NCBI GenBank assembly: GCA_046725765.1
Contig: JBKOZH010000010.1
Span: 1-43,387, forward strand
Length of the DNA: 43,387 nt
DNA from: Candidatus Methylomirabilota bacterium
GTDB lineage: Bacteria > Methylomirabilota > Methylomirabilia > Rokubacteriales > CSP1-6
Direction: 5' to 3'
Part shown: positions 1 to 8,152 of the stretch, in pieces
Numbering within the stretch: the stretch's first letter is position 1
How the letters are laid out: each line of letters begins with the position of its first letter
Position numbers and translations under genes: made by a program
Notes under the pieces: model-generated
Seen by the model: the letters and a program-made list of their open reading frames with translations, nothing else
The model's database searches: none
Told to the model about the DNA's origin: nothing

Positions 1-1081
1 GCGAGAGGATGCGCTTGACCGTCTCGATCTCGGACTTGCGGCCGTGAACGATCAGCGAGTTGGAGCGCTTCTCGGCGATCACCAGCGGGTGCCGCTCACC
101 CGTCGTCGTGGCGCCGGGGGGACCGGCGGGCGCGGCCGGAGGCGCGCCGGGGGCAGCAGGCGCGGGCGCGGCCGGGATGCCGGGGGCGCCAACCGACGCG
201 CGCAGACGGCCGCCGGCGAACAGCTGGTTCAAGATCGTCGCGACTTCCGTCGCGTCAGCGAAGCTCACCGGGATGATCTGCAGCTCGTCGAGCGAGACCT
301 GCACGTCGATCAGCCGGACGATGTCGAGCACGCGCCGGATGTTCGACGCCGAGTCAGTGATGACGAGCACGTTGGTCTCACGGTTGGCGACCAGCGTGCC
401 GCGCGAGGAAACGAACGGGCGCAGCAGCACGCCGAGATCGTTGACGGACGCGTATCGGACCGGAACGATCTGCGTGATGATCTCGTCCGCCGTTCGCCCG
501 TCGAGCGGCACGTCGCCGACAACCGTCGGCACGGCGCGCTCACGCGCGCCCTCGACGCGCACGATCTTGTAGAGGTTGCCGGCTTTCACGGCGGTGAAGC
601 CGTGCACCTCGAGAATGCCGAGCAGCACGCCGAAGACGTCTTCCTGCGGAATGCGGCCGGAGGTCTGGACCGTGACCTTGCCGCGCACGTCCGGCGACAG
701 CACGTAGTTGAAGCCGACGATCTCGCTCGCCGCATGGACGACCGTCTCGATGTCGGCGTTGTCGAAGTTCAGCACGATGAATCGTCCGCTCGGCGATGTC
801 GGCGGCGTGGGCGTGCTCAGCGGCGGGGCGGGTCGCGGCTGCGGCACCACCGGCGGCGGGGCCGGCGGCCCCGGCTCGGGCGCGCGCGGTCCCACGGACA
901 CGGGCGGCACCCCCGGCGGCGTCGTTTCGGTTTGGACCGTCACCGTCGTCGGCGAGGGGACGGGACCGTCGGGCGGGGTCGCGATCTTCGGCGTCGGCTT
1001 GCGCGTCGTCGCACATCCGGCCAGGAGCCAGAGTGCGAGAGCGCCGGCGATGACGCGATTCAGATTATTGTTGCGGCGCAT
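1..1081 (-). CDS. gspD: Type II secretion system secretin GspD, N-terminal ~360 codons only (gene continues past the left window edge); lipoprotein-type signal peptide
   Basis: Absent from the ORF track because no stop lies in the window. My translation of the minus strand from ATG at 1081 gives MRRNNNLNRVIAGALALWLLAGC (lipobox LAGC), then a ~75-aa Pro-rich linker. Secretin N0/N1-type sequence follows: FIVLNFDNADIETVVHAASEIVGFNYVLSPDVRGKVTVQTSG...GNLYKIVRVEG...NVLVITDSASNIRRVLDIVRLID. It is the last gene of the gsp operon. Confidence 0.85.
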   Translation of the reverse strand, partial: MRRNNNLNRVIAGALALWLLAGCATTRKPTPKIATPPDGPVPSPTTVTVQTETTPPGVPPVSVGPRAPEPGPPAPPPVVPQPRPAPPLSTPTPPTSPSGRFIVLNFDNADIETVVHAASEIVGFNYVLSPDVRGKVTVQTSGRIPQEDVFGVLLGILEVHGFTAVKAGNLYKIVRVEGARERAVPTVVGDVPLDGRTADEIITQIVPVRYASVNDLGVLLRPFVSSRGTLVANRETNVLVITDSASNIRRVLDIVRLIDVQVSLDELQIIPVSFADATEVATILNQLFAGGRLRASVGAPGIPAAPAPAAPGAPPAAPAGPPGATTTGERHPLVIAEKRSNSLIVHGRKSEIETVKRILS

Positions 1082-1832
1082 CGCCCATGCCGGGTGGTAC
1101 GCGGCGCAGCAGGTTTGGCGGCAACGCCCGCCGGCCCGGAACCACCGGCGGATTGACGACGGGAGGCTGGCCGGGCACCGCGACCGTCGGCGGCTGTCCC
1201 GGGATGACCATCGGGGGCTGGGCGGCCGGCATCGGCGGCTGCTGCATCGCCTGAGGCGGAGCCGCGGTGACCGCAGGCGGCGGCAGCGGTGGAATCATGC
1301 CCGGCAGAAGCGGCGTGGCGGCCGGCTGTGGCACGCCGGTCACGGCGGCGGGCGTCGCCCGCGGCTTGCCCGGATCGTGCAGCCGCACGTCCATCGCGCC
1401 ACCCGGTGCGTCGATGGTCACCGCGTCCGACTTGATCGCCTGTACGGTCCCGCCCAAGATGCGATCGCCGACGCGATAGCCCGCGACGCGCTTCGTCGTC
1501 GGATCCTCGAGATAGGCGATCGAGCCGCTCTCACGGACCACGACGCCGTAGAGATTCGGCCGCACCAGCGGCCCGCCCGCCATGGCCATACCGCTGGACG
1601 GCCCCTCGGCGCGCGCCGGACTGAACAGATTGCGCGCCGCCACGACGTTGTACGCGCCCGCAGGCGCGCGCGGCGTCTCGGTCGCGGCCGCGGCCGTCGC
1701 CGGTGGAGGAGTGCGTCGGCTGCCAACAGGCATCGGCATCGGCGCGAGGACCTGCCGCGCGATATAGACGACGAAGAGTGCCGCCGCCGCGGCGAGCGCC
1801 AGGTTGAGCGCCATGAGTTTTTTCGGCATCAC
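1065..1832 (-). CDS. GspC-like T2SS assembly protein (N-terminal TM anchor, GspC-HR/PilP-like beta domain, ~95-aa Pro-rich tail)
   Basis: ORF track gives 255 aa. TM anchor is LMALNLALAAAAALFVVYIA. The RNLFSP motif and LYGVVVRESGSIAYLEDPTTKRVAGYRVGDRILGGTVQAIKSDAVTIDAPGG resemble the secretin-binding HR domain of GspC/PilP. It lies between gspM and gspD. GTG at 1832 (or ATG at 1829) overlaps the gspM stop. No PDZ or coiled-coil domain is seen. Confidence 0.6.
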   Translation of the reverse strand: MMPKKLMALNLALAAAAALFVVYIARQVLAPMPMPVGSRRTPPPATAAAATETPRAPAGAYNVVAARNLFSPARAEGPSSGMAMAGGPLVRPNLYGVVVRESGSIAYLEDPTTKRVAGYRVGDRILGGTVQAIKSDAVTIDAPGGAMDVRLHDPGKPRATPAAVTGVPQPAATPLLPGMIPPLPPPAVTAAPPQAMQQPPMPAAQPPMVIPGQPPTVAVPGQPPVVNPPVVPGRRALPPNLLRRVPPGMGDAPQQ

Positions 1833-2407
1833 GCTTTTGCTTTTCCGGGCGGCAGAATGAAGCCCGAAACGGTCAGGGTCGCCAGCAGCTCTTTGGGCTG
1901 GCTGACGTTCACTACTCTGACCCGTAAGTCCTTAACCGTCAATAATTTTTGCGCGCCCTCCACGCGGGCCAACAGGTCCACCAGCTGGCGGATTTCCGCG
2001 GAGACGGCGATCTCCACCGGAATCTCCAGCAGTTCGCCGCGCTCCTCGGGAGGCAGAATCCGCTCGCTGCGGATGTCGGTCCGGGCCTCGGCGGCCATAT
2101 CCTTCACGAGCTTCTGAAGCTCCGAGGCCGCGACGGCGGGCGCGGCGGCGGTCAAGAACCGCGCGTTGAGGCGGTCCAGACGTGCGTTGGCAGCTTCGAG
2201 CTCGGCGGCGATCTGGCCGCGGCGTGCGAGCAGATCCATGCGGCGGATCAGCAAGCGCTCCCGTTCCGGGACCATCTCCGCGGCGGCTTGCGTTCGCTCG
2301 CGCAGCGGCGCGATCACGATCAGCCACACGGCGACAACGGCGAGGATCGCGGCGCCGCCCATGACGATCATGCGCTCGCGCGGCGATAGGCGGCCGAGCC
2401 AGTGCAT
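1829..2407 (-). CDS. gspM: Type II secretion system protein GspM (PilO-like)
   Basis: This is the C-terminal 192 codons of the 500-aa track ORF; the upstream part of that ORF is an out-of-frame overlap with gspL. The sequence is MHWLGRLSPRERMIVMGGAAILAVVAVWLIVIAPL, then a TM helix, a coiled-coil and a ferredoxin-like C-terminus. ATG at 2407 overlaps the gspL stop (ATGA). Confidence 0.75.
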   Translation of the reverse strand: MHWLGRLSPRERMIVMGGAAILAVVAVWLIVIAPLRERTQAAAEMVPERERLLIRRMDLLARRGQIAAELEAANARLDRLNARFLTAAAPAVAASELQKLVKDMAAEARTDIRSERILPPEERGELLEIPVEIAVSAEIRQLVDLLARVEGAQKLLTVKDLRVRVVNVSQPKELLATLTVSGFILPPGKAKA

Positions 2408-3975
2408 CACTGTCGAGGTCCTCCGGGTGTCGCCGTCCCGGGAACGCCTCGCGCCGGCGGCGGCGGAAGTGGGGGAATCGTACTCGGCACCTGTGGAGCG
2501 GGGGCGCCGACCGCGGGTGCCGGCGGCCCTATCACCGCGGGTGGTGCGGCTAGCGGAGGGACCGCGCCTGCGGCCGGCGGCGGTGGTACCACGGCCGGGG
2601 GTGCCGCTGCGGCGGCCGTCGCTGCGACCGCGCCGCCGGCTTCCCACGCGGCGCGGATTCGGAACTGCTCTCGGTTGTCGCGCCCGCGCGTGACGGGCGA
2701 GGAGAACTCCACGCGCTCCAGACGCGGTGAGTTCTCGAGCAGCGGAATCAGTGTGCTGGCCGCGGAGGCCGCGCCCGTGAGCTCGACGCCTTTGGCGTCG
2801 AGCGAGAGCGTCGTGAGCCAGGCGTCGTTGGGGAGCGCCTCCGTGAGCTCGCGCAGCACGGGCAGCGGCCGAACGCCCGCGGTCTCGACGCCGTCGACGA
2901 TCGCCAGCAGCTTGCGCTTGCGCTCGAGCTCGCGCAGCACGCGGTCCACCGCTTTCACGTCGGGGTCCATCCGCGCCATCTGCGCGTCGATGCGGCTGAG
3001 GTAGCGTTGTTCGCGCCACGCCGGCGCGAGCAAGGCGATGAGCCCGAGGACGGCCGTCGCCGCCGCGAGGCCGACGGTCATGGTCTGCGCGCGCGTGAGG
3101 CGCCGCGGACGAACGGCCGATGGCAGCAGCTCGAGCGGACGCACACCGCGTCCCGCCGCGACGGCGAGGGCGAGCTGCAGCGCACCACGATGCTCGACCG
3201 GCAGCGCGTCGAGATAGCGCGCCGCGCGCGGCGTCCACGCCGGTTCCGTCAGCGGCGCGCCCAGCTCGGCCAGTGGGTCGGCGCCGGGCGCAGGCGGTAC
3301 GGCGTCGCCGGAGATCCACACGGCGTCGCATTCCCGCCAGCGCAGCGCGAGCAGCGAGCGGCGCAGCTCGTCGGCGACGAGCGCGTCGTCGACGGCCGCG
3401 ACGCTGCGGCTCAGCATGACCGTGTCACCGGCGAGTAGCAGGAGATCGGTGACGCCCCCGGCACGGTGGACCCAAGCGACGTGCGCGCCACGCGGCGCGC
3501 GAGCGAGCGCGGGCAGGTTGTGGGAGGCGACGGTCAGCGACAGGGCCCGTAGCCGCGCCTCTTCCGCCAGACGCAGCGCCCCCTCGACCATGCGTCGGTC
3601 CGCGGCGGCGATGAGGACGCGCTGGTCGGCACCCGCGGGTCGCTCGGTCGTGGAATCTGTCGGCAGCACGGCGAAGTCGTACGACGCGTCCTCGGCGGGG
3701 AACGGCAGATGGCGCTCAAGCTCGAAGCCGACCATCTCGCGAACGTCGCCCGCGACGGGAGGCAAGTCGATCGGCTTGACGGTCGCGGCGCTGCGCGCGA
3801 GCGCGAGGAACATGCTGCGCGCCGGCACTCCGCGCGCGTCCAGTTCCGCGCGGAGCGCGGCGCCCGGGTTCTCGGCCTCGACGGTGAAGGCCTCGACGCG
3901 TGCGCCGCGTAGCGCGACGATCGCGAGCCGGTCGCCGAGCAGGACGCACCCCACCCGAGGTGGCCTGAAGTTCAT
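2407..3975 (-). CDS. gspL: Type II secretion system protein GspL (cytoplasmic actin-like/PilM-like domain + TM + PilN-like periplasmic domain, Pro-rich C-terminal tail)
   Basis: 522-aa ORF. The N-terminal domain has VGFELERHLPFPAEDASYDF (a PilM/GspL-like motif). A TM helix MTVGLAAATAVLGLIALLAP sits mid-protein. The periplasmic part has LLPLLENSPRLERVEFSSPVTR, followed by a ~65-aa Pro/Ala tail. Operon position fits gspL. Confidence 0.75.
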   Translation of the reverse strand: MNFRPPRVGCVLLGDRLAIVALRGARVEAFTVEAENPGAALRAELDARGVPARSMFLALARSAATVKPIDLPPVAGDVREMVGFELERHLPFPAEDASYDFAVLPTDSTTERPAGADQRVLIAAADRRMVEGALRLAEEARLRALSLTVASHNLPALARAPRGAHVAWVHRAGGVTDLLLLAGDTVMLSRSVAAVDDALVADELRRSLLALRWRECDAVWISGDAVPPAPGADPLAELGAPLTEPAWTPRAARYLDALPVEHRGALQLALAVAAGRGVRPLELLPSAVRPRRLTRAQTMTVGLAAATAVLGLIALLAPAWREQRYLSRIDAQMARMDPDVKAVDRVLRELERKRKLLAIVDGVETAGVRPLPVLRELTEALPNDAWLTTLSLDAKGVELTGAASAASTLIPLLENSPRLERVEFSSPVTRGRDNREQFRIRAAWEAGGAVAATAAAAAPPAVVPPPPAAGAVPPLAAPPAVIGPPAPAVGAPAPQVPSTIPPLPPPPARGVPGTATPGGPRQ

Positions 3976-4022
3976 TCCGCTAGCCTACGAGACAAACCCG
4001 CGTGCCGCAAAACTTTTCCCCC

Positions 4023-4946
4023 CTACCGGACGCCCGACCATTCGAGCACCGCGACGTTGTCGCCCGAGGTATCCGTGCGCCGCTGGATGATCGCCGTCAG
4101 CTGTGCGCGCACCTGGCCGTCGATGATGCCATCGGCCTCGATGCGATACGTTCGCGTCGTCAGGCTCAGCCCGCGCCCGCCGAATTGTCCGGGCACGCTC
4201 GTGTACGGGCCGTCGCGGCGTGCCTGCTCGATCGCCGAGCACTCGGCGTCACCGATGGTGAGCGCGCGCAGCACGACGCACGAGGCGGTGTTCAGATTGA
4301 TCTGCCCGGGCGACTTCACCGTCACGTAGGCCGCCAGCCCGGGCTTGCCCGCAGCGCCGTGGTAGATGATCGGAGTCACGCCCTTGATTTGAAGCAGCTC
4401 GGTGATGGAGTCCAGATTCGCGTTCTTGGCCCGGTAGGGTACCGGGAGCTTCAAATAATAGTCATCGCTCTCGGCGCCATTGAGCCGGTGGTCGTCGTTC
4501 GCGTCGCGCCAGTCTTGCAAGCTGTCGTTGATCGTGTCGCGCTCGGACTTCTCGATGCCCAAGGCGAGCAGGAGTCGCTCGACCCGATCGGGCGGCGCGG
4601 CGTTGAGGTTGACGCGCGCCTCCTCGTCGGTGATGCGGTAGGAGAAGTGGCCCGCCCCCAGCGGCACATTCGTGCGCGGCAGCCGCTTGAGCTCGCGGCG
4701 TGCCCGATCGTAGAACGTCAGCACGCCGTCCTCCGCGAGCACCGCGTGCGCGACGTCGCCGGCGATCTCGCGGATCGCCTGCTCGACGGCGGCCTCGGCG
4801 AGGTGGGCCGCCATCAGCGTGTCCTTGTAAGCGCGCACCGAGGTCGCCTCCAGCCGCATCGAGTACGCGAACTCCGCGCCGAGCACGCCGAGCATGGCGA
4901 GGACCAGCAGCACTGCGATGAGGGCGAAGCCGCGCGGGTGGCTCAT
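4023..4946 (-). CDS. gspK: Type II secretion minor pseudopilin GspK
   Basis: Trimmed from the 475-aa track ORF to the ATG at 4946, which overlaps the gspJ stop (ATGA). Sequence MSHPRG|FALIAVLLVLAMLGVL lacks Glu+5, as expected for GspK. Also seen are FSYRITDEEARVNLNAAP and a GQINLNTAS helix-hairpin-helix-like motif. Confidence 0.85.
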   Translation of the reverse strand: MSHPRGFALIAVLLVLAMLGVLGAEFAYSMRLEATSVRAYKDTLMAAHLAEAAVEQAIREIAGDVAHAVLAEDGVLTFYDRARRELKRLPRTNVPLGAGHFSYRITDEEARVNLNAAPPDRVERLLLALGIEKSERDTINDSLQDWRDANDDHRLNGAESDDYYLKLPVPYRAKNANLDSITELLQIKGVTPIIYHGAAGKPGLAAYVTVKSPGQINLNTASCVVLRALTIGDAECSAIEQARRDGPYTSVPGQFGGRGLSLTTRTYRIEADGIIDGQVRAQLTAIIQRRTDTSGDNVAVLEWSGVR

Positions 4947-5557
4947 CGCGGCGCCCCCGTGACCCGCAACGACACGCTGATCGGCGGCAGCGTCTGCGTC
5001 CGGCCGTTGACCGTGGTGCCGACGCTGAGCTGAACGCCCTGCGGGATCGCCTTCATCTCCTGGCCGTCCCAGGTCTCGACCCACTCGCTGTCCTCGTTCT
5101 GAAACTTGAACGTCAAGGATGTGACCGATGGATCCCGCATGACGATCTCGCCCTTCGTGAACGGATCGCGGTTGGGCAGCGGACGCTCGCGCACGACGAG
5201 GCCCTGTTCGTCGCCCGACTCGAGCGAGATCACGACCGCCGTGAAGGCGACCGGCGTGCGCAGCGGCAGCGGCGGCGCCTGTGTGACAAACTCCAGGCGC
5301 TGCGCGGCGCCGTTGAACAGCATGACGACCTCCGGGGCCTCGCTCTTCGCCGCACGATACGGATAGGCCGCGCCCAGTGCGCGCGCCATTGTGAACGCGA
5401 TCGCGCGCACGTGCTGATGCGCCTCGGCGCGATCTTCGCCGCGGGTCCACGCCGCCAGCGCAACTCGCAGGCCGCTGAAGGCGATGGTGAGCAACAAGCC
5501 AACGATGGCCAGCGCGATCAGCAGTTCGACCAGCGTGAAGCCGCGTGAGCGCCTCAC
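4943..5557 (-). CDS. gspJ: Type II secretion minor pseudopilin GspJ
   Basis: Prepilin signature M(GTG)RRSRG|FTLVELLIALAIVGLLL. GTG at 5557 overlaps the gspI stop (GTGA). The track ORF extends further upstream to 5671, but that stretch is Arg-rich and overlaps gspI. Confidence 0.75.
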   Translation of the reverse strand: MRRSRGFTLVELLIALAIVGLLLTIAFSGLRVALAAWTRGEDRAEAHQHVRAIAFTMARALGAAYPYRAAKSEAPEVVMLFNGAAQRLEFVTQAPPLPLRTPVAFTAVVISLESGDEQGLVVRERPLPNRDPFTKGEIVMRDPSVTSLTFKFQNEDSEWVETWDGQEMKAIPQGVQLSVGTTVNGRTQTLPPISVSLRVTGAPR

Positions 5558-6036
5558 GGCAGCCGCCTCGTCTCTTTCTTCTCGCCGTCGCCGGCCACGG
5601 TGCGGAGCGTCGCGACCGTCACCTGGCGCTCGCCCCAGCGGACGCGAACGTCGACCTCCCACTGGCGCCACCGCACGCTGCGCCCTTCGACCTCGAGGTC
5701 GGGCGTGACGACCTGCTTGACCTCGCGCTCCCAGGTGAACGCGCCCTCCGTGCCACCGTCGCGGCCGGCCTGGGAGGGCGAGCCGATTTCGCGCGTCTTG
5801 AGATCGGCGAGCAGCATCGCCTCCTGGTGCTCGCCCGAGAGCTTCAGCAGGCGCAGTCCCGAGGCGAAGCCCTGGATCGACACCACGATCGCCAGACCGA
5901 GGATGGCGAGCGCCACCAGCACCTCGAGCAGCGTGAAGCCCGCCTGCACGCGTGCCCGGTGTGCTACGCCGGCGTGGCTGGCACGCCGGGGTCTCCGACG
6001 AGACCCGTAGCTTCTGGGTCGCAGGCGGAGGTTCAT
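5554..6036 (-). CDS. gspI: Type II secretion minor pseudopilin GspI (start ambiguous: 33-aa leader from ATG 6036, or 4-aa leader from GTG 5949)
   Basis: 160-aa ORF with ...VQAG|FTLLEVLVALAILGLAIVV (G-1, F+1, E+5). ATG at 6036 overlaps the gspH stop (ATGA). Size and position are typical of GspI. Confidence 0.7.
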   Translation of the reverse strand: MNLRLRPRSYGSRRRPRRASHAGVAHRARVQAGFTLLEVLVALAILGLAIVVSIQGFASGLRLLKLSGEHQEAMLLADLKTREIGSPSQAGRDGGTEGAFTWEREVKQVVTPDLEVEGRSVRWRQWEVDVRVRWGERQVTVATLRTVAGDGEKKETRRLP

Positions 6037-6527
6037 TGCCGCGCGTTCTTGACGCGTCCGGTGATGGGGTCGACCGTCACGCGATAGACGATCTCGCCGA
6101 CCTTGACGCGGTAGTCGGCGCCGCTCGACGTCCCCTGAGGCTCGAACTGAACCGTGAGCGCCTGCGGCGGCGTCGCTTCGACGGTGAGCCGCTCGGGAAG
6201 TGGACGCGTCTCCCGGACGTCCGCATCCGGCCCGGCGAGCACCGACATCATGCGGTTCGTGGTGTCGATCACGACGGTGTGCGACACCCGGCTGGTGATC
6301 GCGCGCTCGCGCGCGTGACGCAGGACGGCCGAGAAGCCGGCGACCTCGGCGCGGCTGCGTACCGCATCGCTGCTACGGCCGACCACGGGCACGGAGATGC
6401 CGACCACCACCATGAGGATCAGCAGCGTCACGATCAGCTCGAGGAGGGTGAAGCCTCGCTCGGCGTATCGCGAACGGCGTCGCGCGCTTACTGCTGCGCC
6501 GCCTTTCGGGATTTGAGCGACGCCCAC
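6033..6527 (-). CDS. gspH: Type II secretion minor pseudopilin GspH (start uncertain; the closest usable start gives a 25-aa leader)
   Basis: Track ORF is 6033..6644. Prepilin signature is ...RYAERG|FTLLELIVTLLILMVVVGI. The only ATG/GTG/TTG between codon 40 and the cleavage site is the GTG at 6527. That start overlaps the gspG 3' end by 40 nt. Confidence 0.65.
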   Translation of the reverse strand: MGVAQIPKGGAAVSARRRSRYAERGFTLLELIVTLLILMVVVGISVPVVGRSSDAVRSRAEVAGFSAVLRHARERAITSRVSHTVVIDTTNRMMSVLAGPDADVRETRPLPERLTVEATPPQALTVQFEPQGTSSGADYRVKVGEIVYRVTVDPITGRVKNARQ

Positions 6528-6946
6528 GACGAGACGTCGGCGTTCTCGCCCTCGCCGCCGGGCGCTTTGTCGGCGCCCTCCGACCAGAGATCGTAATCGT
6601 CGTGCTGACCCGGGCAGCACGCGTACTTGTACGCCGAGTCCCACGGGTCGAGTGGGATCTCACGCTTCTTGAGGTACGGGCCGTTCCAGTTCGGTACGTT
6701 TGGGTTGGCGACGAGCGCCTGCAGCCCCTGGTTGCTGTTGGGATACGCACCGACGTCGAGGCGATACGCATCGAGTGCCGTACCGAACAGCTCGATCTGC
6801 GCCTTCGCCGCCGCCTGCTTCGACGTGCCGACGTGACCGAAGAGCCGCGGTCCGACGAGACCGACGAGCAGCCCCAGAACGATGATGACGACGAGCAGCT
6901 CGACGAGCGTAAACCCTCGCTCGTTGCGGAACAGGCGGCGCCTCAC
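6488..6946 (-). CDS. gspG: Type II secretion major pseudopilin GspG
   Basis: MRRRLFRNERG|FTLVELLVVIIVLGLLVGLVGPRLFGHVGTSKQAAAKAQIELFGTALDAYRLDVGAYP...LDPWDSAYKY is a canonical GspG sequence. The GTG start overlaps the gspF stop (GTGA). Confidence 0.93.
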   Translation of the reverse strand: MRRRLFRNERGFTLVELLVVIIVLGLLVGLVGPRLFGHVGTSKQAAAKAQIELFGTALDAYRLDVGAYPNSNQGLQALVANPNVPNWNGPYLKKREIPLDPWDSAYKYACCPGQHDDYDLWSEGADKAPGGEGENADVSSWASLKSRKAAQQ

Positions 6947-8148
6947 AGTGCCACCTCATTGATCGAGAAGATCGCCATGAGCATCGCGACGACGATGAAT
7001 GCCACGAGTACCCCCATCACGACGATGATCGTCGGCTCGAGCAAACCCAGCGTGCGCTTCATCTCGACCCGTACGTCCGTCTCGAACGTGTCGGCCACCT
7101 TCAGCAGCATCTCCTCCATCCGTCCAGTTTCTTCGCCCACGCGCACCATGTGCACCGCAAGTGTGGGAAACATGCCCTGCTCCTGCATGCCCGACGCGAT
7201 CGTCCCGCCGCGTTTGACGCCGTCGGACAACCGCGCCACCGCGGCGCCGACGGCCTGGTTCGACATCATGTCGCCGACGACGGTCAGCGCGCCGAGCACC
7301 GGCACGCCCGAGCGCAGCATCGTACCCAGCGTACGGGCGAAGCGCGCCGTCTCCACGTTGAGCGCGATGCCGCCGAACAGCGGCGCCTTGAGGATGGAGC
7401 GGTCCCACGACATCCGGCCCTCGGGTGTCGCTGTCCACATGCGCCACGCGAGCACCCCGGCGAGCCCCAGGACCATCCCGACCCACCAGTACTGCTGCAG
7501 CCCCGCGCTCACGGTGAGGAGGATCTGCGTCGGCAGGGGAATCGCCTGGTTCAGGTCGCGGAAGATCGTGGCGAAGCGCGGAATCACGAACGTCATCAGA
7601 AACACGATGGCGCCCGCGCCGACCAACGTGATCACCGCCGGATAGATGAGGGCGGATACGACGGCCTCGTTGAACGCGGCGCGCGCCTCGAGGAATTCCG
7701 CCAGGCGTCGCAGCGCGACCTCGAGCACGCCGCCCTTCTCGCCGGCGCGCACCATATTGATGTAGAGCCGCGAAAACGGCCGCGGATGGTGCTTGGCCAG
7801 CGCTTCGCTCAATGAGGTGCCGCCGCGGACGCTGCGCAACAGGTCGCTGACGATGGCCTTCACACGCGGGTTGGTCGCGAGCTCCTCGAGGATGCTGAGT
7901 GCGCGGTCGAGCGGCAGGCCGGCTTCGAACAGCGTGGCGAGCTGCTGGGTCAGCGCGAGCAGATCCCGCTGACGGACACGCGAGCCACCGAGCCGCAGCG
8001 GAGCACGCTCGCCGTGCGCGCTGACCTTGATCGGGTAGTAGCGGTCCTTTTGCAGTCGCTCGACGACGGCGCGGGCGTCCGGCGCATCCATGACCCCGTC
8101 GATCGTCTGGCCGCGACGGTCCGCGGCCTTGTACACAAAGACCGGCAT
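6943..8148 (-). CDS. gspF: Type II secretion inner-membrane platform protein GspF
   Basis: 401 aa with a duplicated GspF/PilC domain: MPVFVYKAADRRGQTIDGVMDA..., LSEALAKHHPRPFSRLYINMVRAGEKGGVLE, and LSDGVKRGGTIASGMQEQGMFPTLAVHMVRVGEETGRMEEML. Confidence 0.93.
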   Translation of the reverse strand: MPVFVYKAADRRGQTIDGVMDAPDARAVVERLQKDRYYPIKVSAHGERAPLRLGGSRVRQRDLLALTQQLATLFEAGLPLDRALSILEELATNPRVKAIVSDLLRSVRGGTSLSEALAKHHPRPFSRLYINMVRAGEKGGVLEVALRRLAEFLEARAAFNEAVVSALIYPAVITLVGAGAIVFLMTFVIPRFATIFRDLNQAIPLPTQILLTVSAGLQQYWWVGMVLGLAGVLAWRMWTATPEGRMSWDRSILKAPLFGGIALNVETARFARTLGTMLRSGVPVLGALTVVGDMMSNQAVGAAVARLSDGVKRGGTIASGMQEQGMFPTLAVHMVRVGEETGRMEEMLLKVADTFETDVRVEMKRTLGLLEPTIIVVMGVLVAFIVVAMLMAIFSINEVAL

Positions 8149-8152
8149 CGTC

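Noticed and set aside
44-2117. Long plus-strand ORFs (44..1156, 370 aa; 708..2117, 469 aa) across the left end
   Set aside because: They are extremely Arg/Gly/Ala/His-rich low-complexity translations with no motifs. They lie antisense to clearly recognisable gspD, GspC-like and gspM coding sequence, so they are typical high-GC shadow ORFs.
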